Made by a program: the position numbers and the translations under genes
Shown: positions 1-8,524 of the stretch, one piece after another
How the letters are laid out: the number at the start of each line of letters is the position of its first letter
How positions within the stretch are numbered: position 1 is the stretch's first letter
Notes under the pieces: model-generated
Told to the model about the DNA's origin: nothing
What the model saw: only the letters and a program-made list of their open reading frames with translations
Database searches by the model: none
NCBI GenBank assembly: GCA_965223415.1
Contig: OZ245002.1
Coordinates: 3,264,001-3,328,000 of the forward strand
Direction of reading: 5' to 3'
DNA length: 64,000 bases
Source: Myxococcota bacterium
GTDB taxonomy: Bacteria > Myxococcota_A > UBA9160 > UBA6930

Positions 1-386
1 TGACGCCCGGCGACTTCGGCCTCGCCGCCTTCGACGCGGCCTACTCGATGGCGCCCTTCGTGCTCGGGCCCGACGACGCGCTCGCCATGACGGGCCGCTG
101 GCCCACCTGCCGCTGCGCGAACGTCTCCCTGTGGAACCGCCACATGCAGACCTTCGACTACGCGAACCGCCAGGTGTCGCGCAATCGGGCCCAGACGACT
201 CTCGAGCCCGACGGGAGCTTTCGCATGGTGCTGGCCCACCGGGACCCGGGCGTGCCGAACTGGATCGACACCGAGGGGCGGCCCTTCGGCATGGTCTTCT
301 GGCGCTTCATGCTCGCCGAGGGCCCGATCGAGACGCCTCGCACCGAGGTCGTGCCCTTCGCATCCCTGGCAGGATCCGCCTCGTGA
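1..386 (+). CDS. DUF1214-like domain protein, 5'-truncated by window edge
   Basis: Frame open from window start; C-terminal motif DGSFRMVLAHRDPGVPNWIDT..G..FWR is typical of DUF1214 C-terminal domains. Confidence 0.6.
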   Translation, partial: TPGDFGLAAFDAAYSMAPFVLGPDDALAMTGRWPTCRCANVSLWNRHMQTFDYANRQVSRNRAQTTLEPDGSFRMVLAHRDPGVPNWIDTEGRPFGMVFWRFMLAEGPIETPRTEVVPFASLAGSAS

Positions 387-1321
387 CGGATCTCTTCGAC
401 TGCCCGATCCGCCTCACCGGCCCGTGGCGGACCCCGGCCCAGATGCTCGAGAAGCAGGACGTGGGGGGAGGGCGCACCTCCATCCACGACGACGCCACCG
501 CCCAGAAGGTCGGCTTCCAGGGCGGCACCATCGAGGGGCCGACCCACTTCAGCCAGTTCGTGCCCCTGGGCCATCGCCTGTTCGGGGACGCCTGGTTCGA
601 GCGCGGCTGTCTCTCGGCCCACTACCAGACCGCCTGCATGGAGGGCGAGGAGGTCCAGGCCTGGGCGGAGGAGCCGGCGGTGGGGGCCGGCGTCGCCCGG
701 GCCGGTATGCACAAGCGCGACGGCTCGCCGGTGCTCTCGGCGACGCTCTCCGTCGGGCCGGACCACGGCGAGACCGAGCTCGACGCACTGCTCTCGCGCA
801 TCCGGCCGGCGCAGAAGCTGGTCATCCTCCATGACGTGCGCGTTGGCATGAAGGGCGCCGAGGTCGAGCGCGTGCGCATGGACTTCGACCGGGAGATGGG
901 CGCGCTCTATCCCTTCAGCCTGGCGGACAAGCTCGCGGTGATCACCGAGCCCTGCGCCTGGTACACCGCCGATGGCGCCAAGGACTCGCCCTGGGGCCGC
1001 CCCCCGATTCCGCTGGAGATGATCAGCGTCCTCACCCAGTACTCGTCGCGCCAGGCCGCCTTCCCGGTACGCCCGGCGGTGGGCCTCTTCGCCAACCAGG
1101 AGATCCGGCTGCTGGAGGGCCCGCTCTTCGTCGGCGAGGAGTACCGGCTCGAGCGGGAGGTGGTGGCGCTCAGCGAGAGCCGGCGGGCGGAGTCGATGTG
1201 GGTGCGGACCTCCGTGAGCGAGGCCGCGAGCGGCACCCTGGTCGCGACCACCCTGCTGAACAGCGCCGTGATGAAGGCGTCCTACCCGGATTACGAGGCC
1301 GAGCGCGAGGCGCGGGGCTGA
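383..1321 (+). CDS. Hypothetical protein, probable MaoC-like/hot-dog fold dehydratase
   Basis: GTG overlaps upstream TGA (GTGA); SIHDDATAQKVGFQGGTIEG resembles the MaoC hydratase motif. Confidence 0.5.
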   Translation: MTDLFDCPIRLTGPWRTPAQMLEKQDVGGGRTSIHDDATAQKVGFQGGTIEGPTHFSQFVPLGHRLFGDAWFERGCLSAHYQTACMEGEEVQAWAEEPAVGAGVARAGMHKRDGSPVLSATLSVGPDHGETELDALLSRIRPAQKLVILHDVRVGMKGAEVERVRMDFDREMGALYPFSLADKLAVITEPCAWYTADGAKDSPWGRPPIPLEMISVLTQYSSRQAAFPVRPAVGLFANQEIRLLEGPLFVGEEYRLEREVVALSESRRAESMWVRTSVSEAASGTLVATTLLNSAVMKASYPDYEAEREARG

Positions 1322-2574
1322 CTTCGCCCCATCGCTCGCTGCCGCGTCTGCACCGCCTGCTGCCCGGCGTCTTCTACGGCTGGATCGTGGCGATCGGCTG
1401 CGGGCTGCTCTCCTTCGTGGTGGTGGGCATCGGCTTCTACGGCCTGGTCGTCTTCCTCGATGCCCTGGTGGCGGAGCACGGCTGGGATCGGGAGTCCGTG
1501 GCCGCTGCGACCAGTCTCTACTGGGTCGTGACGGGCTTCGCGGGCATTCCGATCGGCCGCGGCGTGGATCGCTTCGGCGCCCGCGGCTTCCTGCTCGCCG
1601 GCGTCCTGGTGATGGCGGTGAGCCTCGTCCTGATCGGCCGGGTCCAGGCGCCCTGGCAGATCTTCCCCCTCTACGTCGTGCTGGCGATCGGCTTCTCCCT
1701 GGCCGGGTCGATCCCGAGCGGTGCGATCATCACCCGCTGGTTCGCGGCCCGCCGCGGCGTTGCGATGATGCTGGCCCACACCGGCGTGTCCCTCGGTGGA
1801 ATGCTGCTCGTTCCCCTCTTCAGCGGATGGATCGCGGACGACGGGCTCACGGTTGCGACCGACCGGCTCGCCCTCCTTCTGCTCGCGGTGGCTGTCCCGG
1901 TGATCGCGTGGGTCCTCCGCAGCGAGCCCCGCTCCCACGGCCTCGCACCGGACGGCCTCCCGAACGAGCCGGCGAGCCCGGCGCCCCTCCCGCCCTCCGA
2001 CGCGGCCCCGAGATCCCAGTCCGACATCCTCCGGAGCCCCGCTTTCCTGCGCCTGGCCGCCGCCTTCGGATTGATGCTCTTCTGCCAGGTCGCCTTCGCG
2101 ATGCACGAGCTCGCCTACCTACGGGGGCGCATCGGCCCCGAGCTGGCCGCCCTCGCCGTGAGCGCGACGGCGGCCGGCAGCCTCGTGGGCCGCCTGGTCG
2201 TCGGGAGCTTCGCCGACCGGGTCGATCGCCGTCACCTCGCCGCCGGCCTCTTCCTGCTCCAGGCCGCCATGGTGGCGCTTGCCGCCCTCGGTGAGGGAGA
2301 GACGGTGCTCCTCGTGGCCGCGGCAGGCGTCGGCCTCACCATCGGCAACATCTTCCTCTTCCAGTCGTTGCTGGTGGCAGAGCTCTTCGGCATGGCCTCC
2401 TTCGGCTCCGCCCTGGGGCTGCTCCAGCTCGTCACCCAGGTCGCCAGCGGCCTCGGCCCCCTGGCGCTCGGCTTGCTGCGCGGGATCCACGGCGGGTACG
2501 AGCCGGCGCTCGCGTGGCTGGTGGGCGGTGCGTGTGTAGCAGCGGGGTTGGTGTGGGGGGTGCGGCGGGAGTAG
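1318..2574 (+). CDS. MFS transporter (MCT/OFA-like); exact start uncertain
   Basis: FYGWIV N-terminus, about 12 hydrophobic segments, GRGVDRFGAR and GSFADRVDRR MFS motif-A copies. Confidence 0.85.
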   Translation: MTSPHRSLPRLHRLLPGVFYGWIVAIGCGLLSFVVVGIGFYGLVVFLDALVAEHGWDRESVAAATSLYWVVTGFAGIPIGRGVDRFGARGFLLAGVLVMAVSLVLIGRVQAPWQIFPLYVVLAIGFSLAGSIPSGAIITRWFAARRGVAMMLAHTGVSLGGMLLVPLFSGWIADDGLTVATDRLALLLLAVAVPVIAWVLRSEPRSHGLAPDGLPNEPASPAPLPPSDAAPRSQSDILRSPAFLRLAAAFGLMLFCQVAFAMHELAYLRGRIGPELAALAVSATAAGSLVGRLVVGSFADRVDRRHLAAGLFLLQAAMVALAALGEGETVLLVAAAGVGLTIGNIFLFQSLLVAELFGMASFGSALGLLQLVTQVASGLGPLALGLLRGIHGGYEPALAWLVGGACVAAGLVWGVRRE

Positions 2575-2585
2575 CCGGGCTCGGC

Positions 2586-2752
2586 GGTCGATCGGGTCCT
2601 GGGAGGGGTGCGGGGCTTGGGTCTGGCTGGGATGGGGGCGCGTTGGGTGTCTCGCGGCTTCCTCCGCTCGCGCGTCGCAGCTGCGAAACACCCCGAACGC
2701 GCCCCCATCCCAACCGAACCCAAACTCGCATCACCCCACCGCCCGATCGACC
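2586..2752. repeat. Long imperfect inverted repeat (about 170-nt hairpin), intergenic
   Basis: Perfect 17-bp core arms 2628-2644 and 2696-2712; outer arms GGTCGATCGGG / CCCGATCGACC. Confidence 0.75.
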
Positions 2753-2795
2753 TCCCCCCTACCCACGCACGCCTCCGTCCGACATCCTCCTCCCG

Positions 2796-3596
2796 GTGCC
2801 CCAACCCCCTCTCGACCTCTCCAGCGTCTTCCAGCTCGAGAGCCACGGTCCGGACACCTTCGTCGGAGAGAGCCCCGCCTACAGCTGGGGTGCGATCTAC
2901 GGCGGGCTCGCCGTGGCCCAGGCGCTGTGGGCCGCCACGCAGACCGTGGTGCCCGAGCACGGCGTCCACTCCCTCCACGCCTACTTCATCCGCGGCGGCG
3001 AGCTCGGCGAGCCGGTGCGCTACGAGGTGGACCGGGTGCGCAACGGCCGCTCCTTCACGACGCGCCGGGTGGTCGCGCGCCAGAGCGGCGGCGCCATCCT
3101 GACGGTGGGGTGCTCGTTCCAGGTGGAGGAGCGGGGCGCGGACGTGCAGGCGGGCTCGCTGCCGGAGGTGTCGGCGCCCGAGGAGCTGCGCGAGGAGTTC
3201 GATGCGGGAGCACCGCGTCGCGACGTTCCGAGCGGCGAGGATGCGCCCCGTTCCCGCATCTGGACCCGCTACCCGGTGCCGCTCGGAGGAGATCCGCGAT
3301 CGCAGGCCTGCGGGCTCGCCTATCTCTCGGATCTCAATCCGATGAGTGCCATCGGAAGCGCCTATCCGGAGCCGGTTCCGGAGGAGGAGGTGATGGCGGT
3401 GAGCCTGGACCATGCGGTCTGGTTCCACCGGCCGGCCCGTGTCGACGACGAGTGGCTGCTCCTCGATCTCGAGGGCCACGGCTTCGTCGGGACGCGGGGC
3501 CTCGCGACCGGGCTCGTGTTCAGCCGTGACGGTGTTCACGTCGCGACGATCGCCCAGGAGGGTCTGTTTCGGGATCGCCGGCGCCGCGGCGCCTGA
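2796..3596 (+). CDS. tesB: Acyl-CoA thioesterase II
   Basis: IYGGLAVAQAL, HSLHAYFIRGG, RNGRSFTTRRV, SLDHAVWFH and AQEGL motifs. Confidence 0.9.
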   Translation: MPQPPLDLSSVFQLESHGPDTFVGESPAYSWGAIYGGLAVAQALWAATQTVVPEHGVHSLHAYFIRGGELGEPVRYEVDRVRNGRSFTTRRVVARQSGGAILTVGCSFQVEERGADVQAGSLPEVSAPEELREEFDAGAPRRDVPSGEDAPRSRIWTRYPVPLGGDPRSQACGLAYLSDLNPMSAIGSAYPEPVPEEEVMAVSLDHAVWFHRPARVDDEWLLLDLEGHGFVGTRGLATGLVFSRDGVHVATIAQEGLFRDRRRRGA

Positions 3597-3639
3597 GGCG
3601 CCGCCCGATGGGGTAGGCTTCGCCCGGAACGGAGGCAGC

Positions 3640-4218
3640 ATGCGACGCCGGCTGGCCGGAGGACTCCTGCACATCCTGGGATGGCGAGCCGTGGAGGGCG
3701 AGGGCGTCCCCGCCCGCGCCGTCGTCGTGGCCGCGCCTCACACGTCGAACTGGGACTTCTTCTACCTGATCCTGTTCGCCTGGAAGTTCGGCGTCTCACT
3801 GGCCTTCGTCGGCAAGCACACCCTCTTCCTCGGGCCGATGGGACCGGTGATGCGCAGCCTCGGCGGTGTCTCGGTGGACCGCTCGCGTCCGGGCGGCATG
3901 GTCGGCCAGCTGGCCGAGGCCATGAAGCGCACCGATCGCCTGGCCCTGGTGATCCCCGCCGAGGGCTCGCGCGCCTGGCGGCCGCGCTGGAAGTCCGGCT
4001 TCTACCGCGTCGCCCAGGTGGCGGGGGTGCCCGTCAGCCTCTCGTTCCTCGACTACGAGCAGCGGGTCGGCGGGTTCGGCCCGTGCTTCGAGGTGACCGG
4101 GGACGTGAAGCGGGACATGGACCGCGTGCGTGCCTTCTACGCGGACAAGCAGGGGCGCTTCCCGGAGCGCTTCGGACCGATCGCACTGGAGGACGAGGAG
4201 GCCTCGACGACGTCGTGA
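3640..4218 (+). CDS. Lysophospholipid acyltransferase (PlsC family)
   Basis: HTSNWD (HxxxxD) and PAEGSR motifs; GGAGG RBS. Confidence 0.9.
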   Translation: MRRRLAGGLLHILGWRAVEGEGVPARAVVVAAPHTSNWDFFYLILFAWKFGVSLAFVGKHTLFLGPMGPVMRSLGGVSVDRSRPGGMVGQLAEAMKRTDRLALVIPAEGSRAWRPRWKSGFYRVAQVAGVPVSLSFLDYEQRVGGFGPCFEVTGDVKRDMDRVRAFYADKQGRFPERFGPIALEDEEASTTS

Positions 4219-6449
4219 CGGCGGAGGTCTTCAAGAAGACCTGTCCCCTGTGCGAAGCCATGTGCGGCCTCGAGGTCACCGTGGCGGACGGCCGGGTCGA
4301 GAAGATCCGGGCCAACCGGGACGACGTCTGGAGCCGCGGCTACCTGTGTCCGAAGGGCACGGCCCTGGGCGAGCTGCACCACGATCCGGACCGTCTGCGC
4401 CGGCCCCTCGTGAAGCGCGGCGACGGCTTCGTCGAGGTCGATTGGGACGAGGCCTTCGCCGAGGTCGAGCGCCGCTTGCGGCCGGTGATCGAGAGGCACG
4501 GCCTGGCGGCGGTGACCGCCTACATCGGCAACCCGACGGCCCACAACTACTCCCTCTCGCGCTACGTCGCGGCCTTCACGCCGATGGCCCAGCTGCCCGT
4601 CGTCTACTCGGCGGGCACCGTGGACCAGTGGCCGAAGAACGTGTCGAGTGCGCTGCTCTTCGGAGGCATGTGGACTTTCCCGATTCCCGACGTGGACCGC
4701 TGTGACTTCCTCGTCGTGATGGGCGCGAACCCGCACGCGTCCCAGGGCAGCCTGCTCGCCTGCGCGGACGTGCTGGGGCGCCTCGACGCCATTCGGGCCC
4801 GGGGCGGCAAGGTGGTGGTGGTCGATCCGCGGCGCACCGGGACCGTGAGCCACGCGGACGAGTGGCTGCCGGTTCGGCCGGGCGGCGACGCGGCGCTCCT
4901 GATGGCGATCGTCCAGGTGCTCTTCGCGGAAGGGCGGGTCGACCTCGGTGAGCTCGAGGGCCGGGTGGCCGGTTTGGCGGAGATCGAGGCCCTGTGTCGC
5001 GACTTCACGCCCGATGCCGTCGAGGGGCGCACGGGCCTGCCGGCCGAAGACGTGCGGCGGCTGGCGCGCGAGCTGGCGGGCGCACCGCGCGCCGCCGTCT
5101 ACGGACGCATCGGCACCTGCAACCAAGAGTTCGGCACGCTCGCCTCTTGGCTCGTGGACGTGGTGAACGTGCTCACCGGCAACCTCGACCGGCCGGGGGG
5201 CGCGATGTTCGCGAAGCCCATCGCGTGGTCGCTCACGTCGTTGACGCCGCCGGAGTTCGCCGACGGCTACCGCTTTCATCGCTGGCGCACGCGGGTGCGC
5301 GGAGCACCGGAGATCCTGGGGCAGGTGCCGGTCTCGTGCCTGGCCGAGGAGATCGCGACGCCCGGCGCGGGCCAGCTGAAGGCGCTCGTCACCATCGCCG
5401 GCAATCCGGTGCTCTCGTCACCGGGGGGCGATCGGCTCGACCGGGTGCTTCCCGAGCTCGAGTGCATGGTGTCGGTGGACAACTGGCTGAACGAGACCAC
5501 GCGCCACGCGCACGTGATCCTGCCGGGCCTCTCGGTGCTCGAGCAGCCCCACTACGACGAGATGCTGTGGAGCTGGGCGGTGCGTAGCGCCGGCAAGTGG
5601 TCGCCGCCGGTGTTCGAGCCCGAGCCCGGGCGGCCCGAGGAGTGGGAGATCCTGCTCACCCTCGCGGCGATCCTCCAGGGCCAGAAGGCCGCGGACGTCG
5701 ACACCGCCGCCCTCGATCAGCTGTTCTTCTCGGGTCTCGTCGCGGGTCTCTGCCAGATGCCCGGCTTCCCCACCGCGGGTCGCGATCCGGCGGAGATCGT
5801 CGCGGCCACGCCGGGCCGCGGCCCATCGCGGGTGCTCGACTTCCAGATCCGTACCGGGCCCTGGGGAGAGGGCTACGGGGCGAACCCGGACGGCCTCACC
5901 CTGGAACGCCTCGCCGCGGAGCCCGACGGCCTCGACTTCGGGCCCATGGTGCCGCGGCTGGACGCGGTGCTGACCACGCCGTCGGGTCGGATCGAGCTCG
6001 CGCCGGAGCATCTGGTGGCCGACGTGCCGCGCCTGCGGGACGCGCTGGCGGAGGGGGGTGCCGGGCTCGTGCTGGTGAGCCGCCGCCACGTCCGCTCGAA
6101 CAACTCGTGGATGCACAACGCGCCGTCCCTGGTGACCGGCCGGGATCGCTGCACCCTGCTCGTTCATCCGGACGACGCGGCAGGCCTGGGGCTCGTGGCG
6201 GGGCGCAAGGCGCGCGTCGCCTCGAGCGCGGGAAGCCTCGAGGTGCCGATCGAGATCAGCGACGAGATGCGGCCCGGCGTCGTGTGCCTGCCCCACGGCT
6301 GGGGCCACGACAAGCCCGGAACGCGGCAGGCCGTGGCCTCCCGGCACGCGGGCGTGTGCAACAACGTACTCGCGCCCGGCGAGCTGGTGGATCCCGCCTC
6401 GGGCAACGCGGTCGTGAACGGCATCCCCGTCGAGGTGACGCCGGTCTGA
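4215..6449 (+). CDS. Molybdopterin (DMSO reductase family) oxidoreductase
   Basis: N-terminal CPLCEAMCG...CPKG 4Fe-4S motif, VVVDPRRT, C-terminal molybdopterin dinucleotide-binding domain (SNNSWMHN, PHGWGH); GTGA overlap with upstream gene. Confidence 0.9.
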   Translation: MTAEVFKKTCPLCEAMCGLEVTVADGRVEKIRANRDDVWSRGYLCPKGTALGELHHDPDRLRRPLVKRGDGFVEVDWDEAFAEVERRLRPVIERHGLAAVTAYIGNPTAHNYSLSRYVAAFTPMAQLPVVYSAGTVDQWPKNVSSALLFGGMWTFPIPDVDRCDFLVVMGANPHASQGSLLACADVLGRLDAIRARGGKVVVVDPRRTGTVSHADEWLPVRPGGDAALLMAIVQVLFAEGRVDLGELEGRVAGLAEIEALCRDFTPDAVEGRTGLPAEDVRRLARELAGAPRAAVYGRIGTCNQEFGTLASWLVDVVNVLTGNLDRPGGAMFAKPIAWSLTSLTPPEFADGYRFHRWRTRVRGAPEILGQVPVSCLAEEIATPGAGQLKALVTIAGNPVLSSPGGDRLDRVLPELECMVSVDNWLNETTRHAHVILPGLSVLEQPHYDEMLWSWAVRSAGKWSPPVFEPEPGRPEEWEILLTLAAILQGQKAADVDTAALDQLFFSGLVAGLCQMPGFPTAGRDPAEIVAATPGRGPSRVLDFQIRTGPWGEGYGANPDGLTLERLAAEPDGLDFGPMVPRLDAVLTTPSGRIELAPEHLVADVPRLRDALAEGGAGLVLVSRRHVRSNNSWMHNAPSLVTGRDRCTLLVHPDDAAGLGLVAGRKARVASSAGSLEVPIEISDEMRPGVVCLPHGWGHDKPGTRQAVASRHAGVCNNVLAPGELVDPASGNAVVNGIPVEVTPV

Positions 6450-8524
6450 GGGTCCGCGGACTCGCCGTGCTCCTGCTCCTCGCCGCGACACCGTCCGCCG
6501 CGGCGGATGGGGACTGGCCCCTGCACGGGCGCACCCACGACGAGCAACGTTTCAGCCCCCTCGCCCAGATCCACCGGCGCAACGTCGGCGGGCTCGGCCT
6601 GGGCTGGTCGCTGCCGACGGGGACGACCCGCGGCATGGAGGCGACGCCCATCGTCGTCGACGGCACGATGTATGTCACCACGGCGTGGAGCCGAGTACTC
6701 GCCCTCGACCCGGCCAGCGGCGCCGTGCGCTGGCGTTACGACCCGAAGGTGCCCGGCTGGAAGGCGCGGCATGCGTGCTGCGACGTGGTGAATCGCGGCG
6801 TCGCGGTCTGGAAGGGCCGCGTGTACCTGGGGACGCTCGACGGGCGCCTCGTGGCGCTCGATGCGAAGACCGGCCAGGTGGTCTGGGAGGTGCGCACGAC
6901 GCCGCTGGGCGAGCCCTACACGATCACCGGCGCGCCACGCGTCGTGAAGGGCAGGGTGGTGATCGGCAATGGCGGCGCCGAGTTTGGCGTGCGTGGCTAC
7001 GTCTCGGCCTACGACGCGGAGAGCGGCGCGCTGGTTTGGCGCTTCTACACGGTGCCGGCCAGCAAGGAGGGGCCGCACGAGCATCCGGAGCTGGAGCGGG
7101 CGGCCGAGACCTGGTCCGCCGATTCGGTGTGGGCGTCGGGGCTCGGCGGCACCGTGTGGGACGCCATGACATGGGACCCGGAGCTCGACCTGCTCTACGT
7201 GGGCGTGGGCAACTCGTCCATCTATCACCGGGAGACGCGGAGCCCGGGCGGAGGCGACAACCTCTTCCTCGCTTCCATCCTCGCACTGCGGCCGGATACC
7301 GGCCGTCTGGTCTGGCACTACCAGACGACGCCCGGTGAGCAGTGGGACTACACGGCGACCCAGCACCTGATGCTCGCGAACCTCGAGATCGACGGGCGCC
7401 TGCGCAAGGTGTTGATGCAGGCGCCGAAGAACGGCTTCTTCTACGTGCTGGATCGTGCGACCGGAGAGCTCCTCTCCGCCGAGAAGTACGTGTTCGTGAG
7501 CTGGGCGAGCCGCGTCGACCTGGCGACGGGACGACCGATGGAACGGCCCGAGGCGAGCTGGAACGACGAGGACGCCGCCGTGGCCCCGGCGGTGGTCGGC
7601 GGACATAGCTGGCATCCGATGGCGTTCAGCCCGCGCACCGGGTGGGTCTACGTGCCGGCGATCGAGCTCGCCTACATCTTCCGGCCCGATCCCGGCTACC
7701 GCTTCGTTCCGGGGAAGTTCAATACGGCGGAGGACGTGGCGGGCCTCTCCGAGTCGATCGAGGGCTACGAGGCGCTGAACGACGCGCCCTGCTCGCCGAC
7801 CCGGCTGGTCGCCTGGGATCCGGTGGCGGCCCGCAAGGTCTGGGAGGTGCGCCGCGACACGGCGCTTCCGGCGGGCGTGCTGGCGACGGCTGGCGATCTC
7901 GTGTTCCAGGGAGGCGACGGCGGGCGCCTGGCCGCCTACGATGCGCGCAGCGGGGTGCGGCTCTGGGTCTCGGCGCCCGGCGTGCGCATCATGGCTCCGC
8001 CGATCAGCTACCTGGCGGGCGGCGAGCAGTACGTGGCGGTGGTGGCCGGTGCCGGTGGCAGCTCCGGCGGCCACTTCGAGCGCATCGACGATGCGAACGA
8101 AGGCCGCATCCTCGCCTGGAAGCTGGGCGGAACGGCGATCCGTCCGCCGGCGCGGGCGCGCCCGGCGCCCAGGGTGGAGGCCCCGGAAATCGAGCTCTCC
8201 CCCGAGGCCGTCACGCGAGGTCGCGAGCTCTACGCCCGGTACTGCTTCAACTGCCACGGCATCGGGGTGCGGGCGAGCGGCCTCTACCCAGATCTCCGCT
8301 TCGCGAGCCGCGAGGTGCACGAGCAGTGGAACGACATCGTGCTGGGCGGCCTGCGCCAGGCCAAGGGCATGGCGAGCTTCGCCGACGCCCTCACCCCCGC
8401 CGACGCCGAGGCGATCCACGCCTACGTCATCCAACGCGCCCTCGCCGAGCCCAACCTCCCCCAGCGCCTCCTCCGCTGGGCCACCCATCACGCCTGTATC
8501 CCCGCCCGCTGGCTCACCGACTGA
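6446..8524 (+). CDS. PQQ-dependent quinohemoprotein alcohol dehydrogenase (type II); start approximate
   Basis: Signal peptide, CCDVVNRG vicinal cysteines, PQQ beta-propeller tryptophan motifs, WDYTAT, C-terminal heme c motif CFNCH. Confidence 0.9.
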   Translation: MRVRGLAVLLLLAATPSAAADGDWPLHGRTHDEQRFSPLAQIHRRNVGGLGLGWSLPTGTTRGMEATPIVVDGTMYVTTAWSRVLALDPASGAVRWRYDPKVPGWKARHACCDVVNRGVAVWKGRVYLGTLDGRLVALDAKTGQVVWEVRTTPLGEPYTITGAPRVVKGRVVIGNGGAEFGVRGYVSAYDAESGALVWRFYTVPASKEGPHEHPELERAAETWSADSVWASGLGGTVWDAMTWDPELDLLYVGVGNSSIYHRETRSPGGGDNLFLASILALRPDTGRLVWHYQTTPGEQWDYTATQHLMLANLEIDGRLRKVLMQAPKNGFFYVLDRATGELLSAEKYVFVSWASRVDLATGRPMERPEASWNDEDAAVAPAVVGGHSWHPMAFSPRTGWVYVPAIELAYIFRPDPGYRFVPGKFNTAEDVAGLSESIEGYEALNDAPCSPTRLVAWDPVAARKVWEVRRDTALPAGVLATAGDLVFQGGDGGRLAAYDARSGVRLWVSAPGVRIMAPPISYLAGGEQYVAVVAGAGGSSGGHFERIDDANEGRILAWKLGGTAIRPPARARPAPRVEAPEIELSPEAVTRGRELYARYCFNCHGIGVRASGLYPDLRFASREVHEQWNDIVLGGLRQAKGMASFADALTPADAEAIHAYVIQRALAEPNLPQRLLRWATHHACIPARWLTD

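Noticed and set aside
6446..8524. Lanthanide-dependent alcohol dehydrogenase
   Set aside because: Active-site loop reads WDYT, lacking the extra Asp (D-x-D) of lanthanide enzymes; Ca-type is more likely
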